Part shown: piece by piece, positions 31,594 to 40,534 of the stretch
Layout: each line of letters starts with the position of its first letter
Position numbering within the stretch: the stretch's first letter is position 1
IMG/VR virus record: IMGVR_UViG_3300036944_001289
Location: 62,001 to 126,000 of that record
Reading direction: 5' to 3' (one strand)
DNA length: 64,000 bases
Translations under genes and position numbers: made by a program
The notes under the pieces: model-generated
What the model was told of the DNA's origin: nothing
The model's input: the letters and a program-made list of their open reading frames with translations, nothing else
Databases searched by the model: none

Positions 31594-31757
31594 TGAACGC
31601 GTTTAATAGTCTTGTAGAGTCAATTCTAGAGGAAAAAACTAAAAAAGATCGATGCGCAAGAAAAGCAGATCGAGTATATGGTAAGAAAACTTCTGCTTAT
31701 AAATCTGGAGCTATTGTTCGTTGCCGTGGTGGTAAAATATGGAAAAAGAAAAAATGA
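31593..31757 (+). CDS. Small basic Cys-containing late protein
   Basis: MNAFNSLVESILEE-KTKKDRCARKADRVYGKKTSAYKSGAIVRCR; TAAATA-N5-ATG. Confidence 0.7.
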   Translation: MNAFNSLVESILEEKTKKDRCARKADRVYGKKTSAYKSGAIVRCRGGKIWKKKK

Positions 31758-32026
31758 GCAAAATTAATAAAAATTTTGATGTAGCTGTTAATTTTCTTTT
31801 AGAAAAATTCGAAAAGGAGAAAAAGCAAGGGTTACATGGTTGGTTCTCAAGAAATAAAGGAAAGGGATGGATAGATTGCAAGACTGGCAAACCATGTGGT
31901 AGACAAAAAGGTGAAAAAAGAAAAGGGTACCCTGCATGTAGGCCTACAATGGCTCAATGTAATTCAAGATCAAAGTATAAAAAAGGTACGAAGAGAATTT
32001 CTTGGAAGAAAGGTGATAAAACATAA
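31754..32026 (+). CDS. Small basic Cys-containing late protein
   Basis: ...NFLLE...GLHGWF...WIDCKTGKPCGR...GYPACRPT; ATGA-coupled to the upstream ORF. Confidence 0.7.
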   Translation: MSKINKNFDVAVNFLLEKFEKEKKQGLHGWFSRNKGKGWIDCKTGKPCGRQKGEKRKGYPACRPTMAQCNSRSKYKKGTKRISWKKGDKT

Positions 32027-32027
32027 T

Positions 32028-32067
32028 AAGTTACTCATCTTTATATTTTGTTGATTAAATATAAATA
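32028..32067. repeat. Direct repeat copy 2
   Basis: aagttactcatctttatatttTGTTgattaaatataaata. Confidence 0.85.
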
Positions 32068-32072
32068 ATAAT

Positions 32073-32498
32073 ATGAATAATTATCAGAAAAGATTTCAAA
32101 AGTTTCTTTTAGAGCAAGATGAAGCAGAGATCACAGATAGAGATGCAATGGCTTCAACTTTAGATAAAGGAACATCACCTGAAGATTTTGATGTAGATGC
32201 ACCAAAAGGCGCAGTCGGTCAAGTACCTGCTGAATTAACAGCATTCCAGAAGCAAATGTATGATGAGTTAAGAAACTGGTTAGGTCAGATGGAAAACTTT
32301 AAAGAATTTCTTAATGGTACCGATTCTGCAAGTATTCAAACTAAGCTAAACTCAGCATCACCTGAAACACTCTTTAAGAAGATCAGCGATGCTGAAACAA
32401 AGAAGATTTCAAGAGTTGCAATGGAATTAGGATCCTTAATAGAAATTATGAAGGGTTACCTAGCAGGTGCAGCCGATAGTAAATATAAGGGTCAGTAG
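32073..32498 (+). CDS. Hypothetical late protein
   Basis: MNNYQKRFQKFLLEQDE; TAAATA-N5-ATG. Confidence 0.7.
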   Translation: MNNYQKRFQKFLLEQDEAEITDRDAMASTLDKGTSPEDFDVDAPKGAVGQVPAELTAFQKQMYDELRNWLGQMENFKEFLNGTDSASIQTKLNSASPETLFKKISDAETKKISRVAMELGSLIEIMKGYLAGAADSKYKGQ

Positions 32499-32564
32499 CC
32501 CCTGCTGCGGAATTAACTTACTATTTTTAAGTTGATTCCAACTCACAAGCAAATAAATAATTAT

Positions 32565-33587
32565 GTGAGTATAATATATAAAGCAAAACATAAAAACGTT
32601 AAAGATAAAGAAGAAGAAATTATAACAGCGTATTTGCAGGGAGAATCGATTGGTGATTTAGCTCGCAAATACGCTGTTTCTCTATATGTGGTTGATCAAA
32701 TTCTAATCAAAAACAACATCCAAAAAAGAACATATGAGGAAGCTAATGATCTCAAAGTTCAAAAATTATATTATAATGATAATATCTTAGAAAAATATAA
32801 AGAAGGAGCTTTGCTATATCAACAAGGTATACCTCTTTACAAAATCATTAAACAACTCAACATTGCTGAGTATAGATTAGTGCAATTCCTTAAAGAAAAT
32901 AGCATACCTTTACGTACACGTTCTGAAATTCAATCTGCATTATCAGTTAGACCTTGGGGTCAGAAAATTAAAGGTCCTGACATAATTCAAAAAATTATAG
33001 AAGAATATAATCAAGGTGTAGGTTGTGTTGAGTTAGCACAAAAATATAATGTTGTTCATGGTACTATTCGATTACTATTAAAACGTAATGGTATTAAGTT
33101 TAGAACATGTAAAGAAACACAGTCTTCTGAATACACTAAAAACTACATTAAACAGAAAAATCTAAATAAATACGGTGTGGTTAGCACTATGCAACTACCT
33201 GAAGTTTTTGAGAAGGCTCAAAAATCTATGTTCAAGTATAAAACCACTATAATAGAAGGTGTAGAGTTTCAACATTTACGTGGTTATGAAGAGTATGGTA
33301 TCCGATATATCCTAGAGCATTTTGATGATGTAATTGTTACTGATATACTTGCAGGTAATGATGTTTATAATCTTAATATTCCTTACAACCATCAAGGTAA
33401 AGATAGGGTGTATTTTCCTGATATTTTTATACCGAAATTTAATTGTTTGGTTGAAGTAAAAAGTGATTACACTTATAACCTAGACATCGATCGCAACATT
33501 GCTAAAAAAGAAGCTGCTGAAAAGATAGGTTATACACATATTACTTTAATTTTTGATAAAAAAGGTAATTTGATAAAACGACTTTAA
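32565..33587 (+). CDS. Free-standing PD-(D/E)XK endonuclease with HTH repeats (putative homing endonuclease)
   Basis: Three Y..G.....LA.KY.V HTH-like repeats, KYGV..MQ, RGYE, YFPDIF...LVEVKS; GTG start 5 nt after TAAATA. Confidence 0.75.
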   Translation: MSIIYKAKHKNVKDKEEEIITAYLQGESIGDLARKYAVSLYVVDQILIKNNIQKRTYEEANDLKVQKLYYNDNILEKYKEGALLYQQGIPLYKIIKQLNIAEYRLVQFLKENSIPLRTRSEIQSALSVRPWGQKIKGPDIIQKIIEEYNQGVGCVELAQKYNVVHGTIRLLLKRNGIKFRTCKETQSSEYTKNYIKQKNLNKYGVVSTMQLPEVFEKAQKSMFKYKTTIIEGVEFQHLRGYEEYGIRYILEHFDDVIVTDILAGNDVYNLNIPYNHQGKDRVYFPDIFIPKFNCLVEVKSDYTYNLDIDRNIAKKEAAEKIGYTHITLIFDKKGNLIKRL

Positions 33588-34624
33588 ATATTATTAGATT
33601 TTAACATCTGTAACATCAACAGACCTTCTAATCCTTGATATACATTATCAAGGATTATTTTTTGTGAAAATTCATCAATCTGTTTGTCTATACAATACTC
33701 ATTGATATCTTTATATTTTCTTAAGTTTTCAGGCCATATAAATACATTCTCACCTAAGTTTAATAATACCTCACTCTTCTTAAGAGAAGCATCATCACAC
33801 CACTGATTATCGAGTACCCATACTCTATTGTATGTAGAGAAACCTAACAATTGCTGTTGTTGTAACTCATTATACATTTTGTCTGATTCATCTTGAATAC
33901 CACCAACTGCTAACCCGTTTTTAATAAAGAAGCTATCTATAGGACCCTCTAGAAGAAAAATATTTTCGTTATCTTTATCTACAGAATGAACACCGTATAA
34001 GCTGCGAACACCACCTACTTTAGAAAGATATTTTGGCTTTTTAAAGTTATCTGAATCAAGTAAGGTACGCGTCTGGTAAAAGATTATATCATCAAGAGCA
34101 TTATAAAAAGGTAGAATTAATCTATTTTTATGTACTTTATCTACTAATGATAAATAAAAAGTTTTAGGTCTATTTACTGCAGTATATAATCTACGCTTTA
34201 CTATAAACTCTAGTGCAATTCTAACTATTGCATTACCATCATAAAACTGTAATTGTGTTGGATCTAAAAGATTTATACAATCTTCTGGAAGAGTTTTTAA
34301 CTCGATTTCTACCTTCTTTTCTTGTTGTTTCGGTATTTCTATCTCATCATAACCATTCGTTTGTATCTCATCTACAACAACATTAAACGGTTTACCGGTT
34401 ATATCTAAGACAAAATTTAATACTTTTTTACTATACCCGCAGTTATGACAATAGCATGTTTCAGTTTTAGGTATATAAAAGAAACGTTTCTTTTTACCAA
34501 AGCTCTTACCTTCTTTACAGAACGGGCATGAACCGTTATATGTTCTAGTAATTTTACTATAACTAGTGTGGCTTACATGCTGATAAAATACTTGTACAGC
34601 ATATTGTTCAGGTACCGCTATCAT
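33584..34624 (-). CDS. gp61: DNA primase
   Basis: CPFC...CHNC zinc finger; PKY; EGPIDS; LDN; KDINE. Confidence 0.92.
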   Translation of the reverse strand: MIAVPEQYAVQVFYQHVSHTSYSKITRTYNGSCPFCKEGKSFGKKKRFFYIPKTETCYCHNCGYSKKVLNFVLDITGKPFNVVVDEIQTNGYDEIEIPKQQEKKVEIELKTLPEDCINLLDPTQLQFYDGNAIVRIALEFIVKRRLYTAVNRPKTFYLSLVDKVHKNRLILPFYNALDDIIFYQTRTLLDSDNFKKPKYLSKVGGVRSLYGVHSVDKDNENIFLLEGPIDSFFIKNGLAVGGIQDESDKMYNELQQQQLLGFSTYNRVWVLDNQWCDDASLKKSEVLLNLGENVFIWPENLRKYKDINEYCIDKQIDEFSQKIILDNVYQGLEGLLMLQMLKSNNI

Positions 34625-34668
34625 ATTTAGTAAAGAATAATATAGTTCCTTTACCGAATATCAAGTTC

Positions 34669-35004
34669 TTATTTATCGTTTATACTTTCGATATCTATCT
34701 TTTGCAATGGTTTCTCAAGATTCATTGAAGATAGTCTTTCATTCTGTATTACTAACTTTGTACCACCGGTAACTACGCCGTTTTTAATGGTATAAAGGAA
34801 AAATGTAGATTTCCATAAACCTACACGTACAATACGGGCTGGTTTACCGTTTAATAATATTATATCATCTTCATTATAATCATTACCAATGAAGACAAAT
34901 AATGCTGCTACTATTTTTTGTATGGTTGATTGAAACATTAAACCAACAATACCTACTATGAAAAGCCAGGTATTGTCAGCAAAAAGTTTCTTAATAGTCT
35001 CCAT
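34669..35004 (-). CDS. Small membrane protein with MscS-like TM and beta-domain
   Basis: Hydrophobic N-terminus, then DIILLNGKPARIVRVGLWKSTF...VIQNERL. Confidence 0.5.
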   Translation of the reverse strand: METIKKLFADNTWLFIVGIVGLMFQSTIQKIVAALFVFIGNDYNEDDIILLNGKPARIVRVGLWKSTFFLYTIKNGVVTGGTKLVIQNERLSSMNLEKPLQKIDIESINDK

Positions 35005-35020
35005 GTTCAGCCGGAGATGA

Positions 35021-35227
35021 TTATACTCTTGCGTTACTTAGCGTGGTGGTTTCTTTTGTATTCTTATCTACTACTGAAACAACACCTTTATGTAAAAAGG
35101 TACCACTGTTAGGGTCATAGTAATGAGCCTCAGTAACAATTTTACCTTCTATCTCTCTTATTACCATTTTAGGTATTACTATATTACCTGATATTGGTGA
35201 AACGATTTTTTTAGGTTGGACGAACAT
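35021..35227 (-). CDS. Hypothetical protein
   Basis: Probable start MFVQPKKIVSP just after the upstream stop. Confidence 0.55.
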   Translation of the reverse strand: MFVQPKKIVSPISGNIVIPKMVIREIEGKIVTEAHYYDPNSGTFLHKGVVSVVDKNTKETTTLSNARV

Positions 35228-35231
35228 ACAA

Positions 35232-35534
35232 TTATTTATTCTCTCGATTCCTTTTATACTGAGCTGTACATAAACTATAAACTTGCTTAGGTAATTCTTC
35301 ATTTACCTTTTCCACAATATTATTGTCTATTGCAAATTTAAATTTATCGAATGATATAACCCTATTTACCATATTCGGAATCGAAAGGAAACAATGGGAA
35401 TCGTTAATATCTTCTATGTATATAAACATCTCTCCTGCATAGTCCCCAGTTTGGACTGCATATATGTCCTTAGACTTTAGGTGTATTTTGTTTGTACCAA
35501 TCGATTGTTTCTTGAATGCTTTTATTAAATTCAT
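35232..35534 (-). CDS. Hypothetical protein
   Basis: 100-aa ORF. Confidence 0.55.
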   Translation of the reverse strand: MNLIKAFKKQSIGTNKIHLKSKDIYAVQTGDYAGEMFIYIEDINDSHCFLSIPNMVNRVISFDKFKFAIDNNIVEKVNEELPKQVYSLCTAQYKRNRENK

Positions 35535-36441
35535 ACTTAGGCTTCCAGTTTGTTAGTAGTTTAATCTTTGTAGAATCAATTGCGTATCTAAAATCATGTC
35601 CTTTTCTATCTTCTACAAACTTTATAGTATCCTCAGGTAACACGTTCATATGTTTACATATGGTCGTAATAACATCTAAGTTAGTCATCTCTTCCCCAGA
35701 CCCAATATTATAAACATTACCTGATTTACCTTGATTATATAAATTCCATATTGCATCTACATGATCAACCACATGAATCCACTCTCGTACATTTTTACCA
35801 GTACCATAAACAGGTACGCTTTTACCATTAAGTATATTTGTGATTGTTTTCGGAATAAGTTTTTCATGATGCTGTTTTGAGCCGTAATTATTGCTACATC
35901 TTGTTATTATTGTATCTAACCCGTATGTATCATTATATGATTTTACTATAAGATCGCTACTCGCTTTAGATGCAGAGTATGGTGATCTCGGTGATAATGG
36001 TGTATATTCTGTAAATGGTTTATCATTTTCATGTAAATGCCCATAGACTTCATCCGTACTTACATGTATAAATCTACCATGTGCACCGTTTTTTCTCCAA
36101 CCTTCTAGTAGTTTGTGTGTACCTATGACATTAGATTCTGTAAAAACAAGTGGCCCTGTAATACTATTATCAACATGACTTTCTGCAGCGAAATGAAAGA
36201 TAGCATCGAACTGCTTATACTTACAGCTTTCGAAAAAAATATCAGTTGAGCATGTAGCAAGGTCAAACTCAAAGTTTATCATGCCGATAGTATCGTATTG
36301 TTTCTTTAAATTGTTTTTATTAGATGCGTAACCTTTTTTATCAATGGTATAAATCTCTGCATCGACTTTATTATCGAGAAAATCTATAAAATGGCTACCT
36401 ATAAAGCCATATGCTCCTGTTACTAAAAATCTTTTCATCAT
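35470..36441 (-). CDS. rmlB: dTDP-glucose 4,6-dehydratase
   Basis: VTGAYGFIG, HFAAESHVD, STDEVYG, YSASK, NNYG, DRKGHDFRY. Confidence 0.95.
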   Translation of the reverse strand: MMKRFLVTGAYGFIGSHFIDFLDNKVDAEIYTIDKKGYASNKNNLKKQYDTIGMINFEFDLATCSTDIFFESCKYKQFDAIFHFAAESHVDNSITGPLVFTESNVIGTHKLLEGWRKNGAHGRFIHVSTDEVYGHLHENDKPFTEYTPLSPRSPYSASKASSDLIVKSYNDTYGLDTIITRCSNNYGSKQHHEKLIPKTITNILNGKSVPVYGTGKNVREWIHVVDHVDAIWNLYNQGKSGNVYNIGSGEEMTNLDVITTICKHMNVLPEDTIKFVEDRKGHDFRYAIDSTKIKLLTNWKPKYEFNKSIQETIDWYKQNTPKV

Positions 36442-37349
36442 ATTTTGCATACTGTTGTATTTGTTCTAGTTTCTATTGCTCTTACAAAGTTAGCAGCATC
36501 AAGTAGATCTGCGTGTGTACCGCAATCAAACCATGCTGTGTGGTTATCGAGTAAATGAAGTGCTATATTTTTTTCTTTAATGTATTGATTGATAACATCA
36601 ACGATTTCAAGTTCACCTCTTTTAGATGGTTTACAATTTTTTGCTTTTTCTATGCAGGTTTCATCAAAAAAGTATAGACCAGGTATTGCGTAATTAGTCG
36701 GTGGTATCTCAGGTTTTTCTACAACACCTGCAATATCACCACTTTCATCTAAAACTGCTACACCGTAAGCAGATGGGTTCTTTACTTTATAACCAAATAT
36801 AACATTCTCATTAGGCATTATATTTTTTATATCTGTATCGAATTGCGAACCGTAAAAAAGATTATCTCCAAGTACGAGAGCAGTAGGGCAACCTTTAATA
36901 TATTGTTCTGCAAGAATAAAAGCTTCAGATAAACCTTTTGGATCGTCTTGAATAACAAACCTATACGTAAACTTAATATTATCTGGGTTTATATTATTTA
37001 GAAGATTTTGAAATGCCGGCTTATCTATAGTTTTCACTATAAAAGTAATATCTTCAACTCCAGCTGCTAGTAATGTACTAATTGGGTATTCTACCATTAC
37101 ATGATTATAAACAGGTAATAACTGCTTACAAGTGCAATAGGTAAGTGGTCTTAGTCTAGTGCCATGCCCTCCTGCTAAAATTATACCTTTTCTTTTCATC
37201 TCTTTATTAACGCTATTTTTTTCGGATTTCAAGTACTTTTCTGCGAGAGGTGTTAATTGCATTTTAAACGCTTTGAGCTGTCTGATTGCTTCTTCTCTAG
37301 TTTTAAGAGTATTCCTTAATCTGTCTGCAAGTGTTGGCCATTTACTCAT
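36438..37349 (-). CDS. rmlA: Glucose-1-phosphate thymidylyltransferase (50-aa N-terminal extension; core starts at 37199)
   Basis: KGIILAGGHGTRLRPLT, KQLLPV, LGDNLF, EKP, RGELEI, WFDCGT. Confidence 0.93.
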   Translation of the reverse strand: MSKWPTLADRLRNTLKTREEAIRQLKAFKMQLTPLAEKYLKSEKNSVNKEMKRKGIILAGGHGTRLRPLTYCTCKQLLPVYNHVMVEYPISTLLAAGVEDITFIVKTIDKPAFQNLLNNINPDNIKFTYRFVIQDDPKGLSEAFILAEQYIKGCPTALVLGDNLFYGSQFDTDIKNIMPNENVIFGYKVKNPSAYGVAVLDESGDIAGVVEKPEIPPTNYAIPGLYFFDETCIEKAKNCKPSKRGELEIVDVINQYIKEKNIALHLLDNHTAWFDCGTHADLLDAANFVRAIETRTNTTVCKI

Positions 37350-37831
37350 TATATAAAAGATAATTTAAAAAATTGTTTAAATTTGTCTAAGTCACCTTCT
37401 CGTCCTAGATTATAAATAGGTATCCAATAGTACTCTGCAATACGAAGAGCTTGTGCAGTACCGCCCTGTAGTTCACCATTTACTGTCCAGCACACTACAA
37501 AATCGCTAGGTGTCGTTAAATTACTACCTAGTATTTGATATACATTTCTTGTATGTAATCTCTTACTGAATTCATTACAAGCCTCCCAATTTGGATGAAA
37601 TTGTTTTGTTATTTCTCTTGCTTTATCGTCATTATCAAGAGAATTTTGTGGTAGAAATATTTCTTTTCTACCACAAACTAAATCACAACCTTGTTCAAAA
37701 GCAGTATCAGCACCTTTTGCTCCACCACTTCTCAAGATGCAGTTTTTAAGTGCAAGTAATTTACCTATACTTCTCATTACATCAAGTACATTTTCAGGTG
37801 TCTCTCTTGAACCTATTCCAGCGTATATCAT
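37349..37831 (-). CDS. SLOG-superfamily (DprA/Smf-like) protein
   Basis: YAGIGSRETP, LRSGGAKGAD, RNVYQILG, GGTAQA. Confidence 0.8.
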   Translation of the reverse strand: MIYAGIGSRETPENVLDVMRSIGKLLALKNCILRSGGAKGADTAFEQGCDLVCGRKEIFLPQNSLDNDDKAREITKQFHPNWEACNEFSKRLHTRNVYQILGSNLTTPSDFVVCWTVNGELQGGTAQALRIAEYYWIPIYNLGREGDLDKFKQFFKLSFI

Positions 37832-38283
37832 TCTGTGCTGAGTGTGTTCATGATATACTCTTCAAGATCTTTACCATGTTTGAAAGATGATGCTGATTTG
37901 TAAGAAACGTTCTTCATTATCATTTTAAATTTTGCTAACATGGAATGAGCAGGGTGTGAATACCTTATACCTTCCTTTACACGTGAAAAACATATAAGCT
38001 CCTCCCAGTGTATCTCACTATCGATATATAGTATATCTATTTTGTTTTTGTAAAATACTCTCTGATCATTAAATTCAGGATCTATTTTAGAACCTTCATT
38101 CTTTTTATCATCATCTCTTTCGATTATTTTATCTACAGATGCTGCATGTTTTTTTAATATTATCAAATCTACATCAGAAGGCTCGACATCACTTTGATAC
38201 GAGTATCTACCAGTGATAATGAATGGTATATTATTTTTAGATAGATTTACCAGAGCGTTATTTTGCTCTACTGTAATATTCAT
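37828..38283 (-). CDS. Putative nucleotidyltransferase-fold protein
   Basis: IITG...PSDVDLII...KIDIL (hG..DxD..D pattern). Confidence 0.55.
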   Translation of the reverse strand: MNITVEQNNALVNLSKNNIPFIITGRYSYQSDVEPSDVDLIILKKHAASVDKIIERDDDKKNEGSKIDPEFNDQRVFYKNKIDILYIDSEIHWEELICFSRVKEGIRYSHPAHSMLAKFKMIMKNVSYKSASSFKHGKDLEEYIMNTLSTE

Positions 38284-38289
38284 AATAAT

Positions 38290-38961
38290 TTATAGATTAA
38301 AAGCAGCAATAGTATGTTTGAATGGATCTCCAGGGATTTCTTTGACTAACTTAAGCATCTCTGCTGCAATATCTCTAATCTCTTCTTGTGCATCGAGTTT
38401 GTTTCTAAGATTTAGGAAATGATAAAAACTTCTCCAGTTAAACATTATATCGCAATCAATTTGTGAATTATACGTTTTAAAGAAACGTGCAGATTCTTTA
38501 GCACGTTTACGTCCTAAAGTCTTTTCTAAATCCTTGAGTGCAGCGTGATAAAGATCATTACTAATCTCTGTATGGATTTGCAGAATATCATACCAATCTT
38601 TACCATTATGCTTCTCTAAATACTTTCCTGTAAGTGACACTGCTTTAATATTCTTCCAGTCTTCAGGTAAATAAAACTTATCCTCTTTTAGCTCTTTGTA
38701 GCGTGCAGATTCACCATTAATTGATACTCCAATACGGTGCTTTAATTTATGTATATGTGATGCAATGTCACTAGTTACTAAGAAATGTAGAGATGATTTT
38801 TCAAAAGGAGTATGATGACCATTTTCTGCTAACATTTTTAACAAACTTGGTATTCTTTCACGCTTATCATTGGTTATTTCTCTACTTGTTGAAGTCCACG
38901 CAGAACATGCATGTACTTCATCACTACCGTAAAAACCTAAAAGCTTTATTTCGTTATTCAT
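38290..38961 (-). CDS. thyX: Flavin-dependent thymidylate synthase
   Basis: H.TPFE, KHR...SINGESARY, KESARF, NWRS...LR...AQEEIR. Confidence 0.92.
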   Translation of the reverse strand: MNNEIKLLGFYGSDEVHACSAWTSTSREITNDKRERIPSLLKMLAENGHHTPFEKSSLHFLVTSDIASHIHKLKHRIGVSINGESARYKELKEDKFYLPEDWKNIKAVSLTGKYLEKHNGKDWYDILQIHTEISNDLYHAALKDLEKTLGRKRAKESARFFKTYNSQIDCDIMFNWRSFYHFLNLRNKLDAQEEIRDIAAEMLKLVKEIPGDPFKHTIAAFNL

Positions 38962-39785
38962 AGTTTAAATTTTTCTAGTGCTTCTCTAATTGCTACTTCT
39001 TCATCACCAAAATCAAAACCCCAACTCCTTACCTTTTTGTTTGATAATACACAATTTGATCTATTAGCTTTAATTGGAATATCCTTATATTCTACAATCT
39101 TCCAGTTAGGATTATATAAGTCATACTCTACCATAATATCTAAAACTTGCTGTGTTGTAAGAGCGTTGCTATGTACTGCATTAAAGATACCTGGTGTAAA
39201 GTTTTGAGCTAACTTATGTATGAATCTACAAAGATAACGTAAATCTGTCTTGCTGTTCCTAAAGTCAATAAGATTATTATATCCAAGTAACTTATTGAAG
39301 TAGTTCTTTCTAGAACTAACGTAATCGAATGGTATGCGTAGTCTTACTATTGCAACCTCATCTAATGTCTTATTTATAATTGTCTCAGCAATATGCTTTG
39401 TTTTACTATAGAAACTACTCTTATCGTTGAATATACCAAAATTAGGTATATCCTCTTCGTTAAAGACCTTTTCATAACCATCATATATGCAACCAGAACT
39501 TATATGTATAATCTTGACACCTACACAAGATCTCTGTAAAGATCTTACAAGCTCAACATTCTGTTTATAGCAGTTTTCTTTATCACTCTCGCAAGCATCA
39601 ACATTAGGGTTACCTGTATATCCTGCACAATTGATAACCAATTTTATTTTCTTTTCACATAGGTAACTTATAAGGGTCATCTCATCAAAATAATTCAACT
39701 CTTTCCTGGAAACTATAAAAGCATCAGGCATTTCTTCTTTAAGAGCATTACCTACAAACCCCTTACCTAAGATTAGAACATTCAT
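38958..39785 (-). CDS. rmlD: dTDP-4-keto-6-deoxyglucose reductase, NRS/ER (3,5-epimerase/4-reductase)-like
   Basis: GKGFVG, INCAGYTGNPNVDACE, SGCIY, EEDIPNF, SFYSKTK, RSNCVL. Confidence 0.8.
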   Translation of the reverse strand: MNVLILGKGFVGNALKEEMPDAFIVSRKELNYFDEMTLISYLCEKKIKLVINCAGYTGNPNVDACESDKENCYKQNVELVRSLQRSCVGVKIIHISSGCIYDGYEKVFNEEDIPNFGIFNDKSSFYSKTKHIAETIINKTLDEVAIVRLRIPFDYVSSRKNYFNKLLGYNNLIDFRNSKTDLRYLCRFIHKLAQNFTPGIFNAVHSNALTTQQVLDIMVEYDLYNPNWKIVEYKDIPIKANRSNCVLSNKKVRSWGFDFGDEEVAIREALEKFKL

Positions 39786-39815
39786 TATAGAAATATAATG
39801 AATGTTCCTTTATAT

Positions 39816-40172
39816 TCAACTACCTTGTCTTTGAATTTGAGACGATATAAACTTATTAAGGTAGGCACCTAGCGAATCAGCTTCCTGCTGTGAGTGTGCC
39901 ACTACGATAGGATCAACTGCATTGCCATCAAAATCATAACCTAATATAATGAAGCTGTTCATGAATTCTTCACATGTAGCTACCATAGCTTCTAATTCAT
40001 CTTTAGACTTTTTACGTTGTAATTGTTTTCTAAATTGAATCGCGAGTGCGTCTTTAATTAAATCTGATAATTGCTCATTAGTTATCGGTTGCGGAACCTG
40101 CTGAGCTTTTGTTTTCTTTTTTTCTTTTTTCTTAGGCTCTTGCTTTGGTGTTTCCATATTATCTGGTTCCAT
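39816..40172 (-). CDS. Hypothetical protein
   Basis: 118 aa; TAAATA-N5-ATG. Confidence 0.65.
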   Translation of the reverse strand: MEPDNMETPKQEPKKKEKKKTKAQQVPQPITNEQLSDLIKDALAIQFRKQLQRKKSKDELEAMVATCEEFMNSFIILGYDFDGNAVDPIVVAHSQQEADSLGAYLNKFISSQIQRQGS

Positions 40173-40176
40173 ACAG

Positions 40177-40533
40177 TTATTTATGCATTACAAAAGGGTT
40201 ATTGGCTGGTATATTGTTAACACCTTTTTCGATTAAATATGTAACAATAGTTTCTATACTTTCTGTTTTAAGAAATGAACCTTTTGTAAACTTACGACCA
40301 CCATCGTCAAATTCAAACAAGATTTCATTCATTTCATCTTTGTTTTGATAACAAGTAACATATACTGAAGTTAGTCCTGGATCTACCAACACAGTCCATC
40401 TACGTGGGTCAGTAATAGAGTACGCATTAAAGATTTTAAAAACAACAAAACCACTGTCTTTGAGTCTTTTGATGAAGTACCCAGCAGTCTTTATTTTGTT
40501 GGATATTCGTCTCTCTTTGAGTCTGTGTTTCAT
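40177..40533 (-). CDS. Hypothetical protein
   Basis: 118-aa ORF in operon. Confidence 0.65.
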   Translation of the reverse strand: MKHRLKERRISNKIKTAGYFIKRLKDSGFVVFKIFNAYSITDPRRWTVLVDPGLTSVYVTCYQNKDEMNEILFEFDDGGRKFTKGSFLKTESIETIVTYLIEKGVNNIPANNPFVMHK

Positions 40534-40534
40534 G

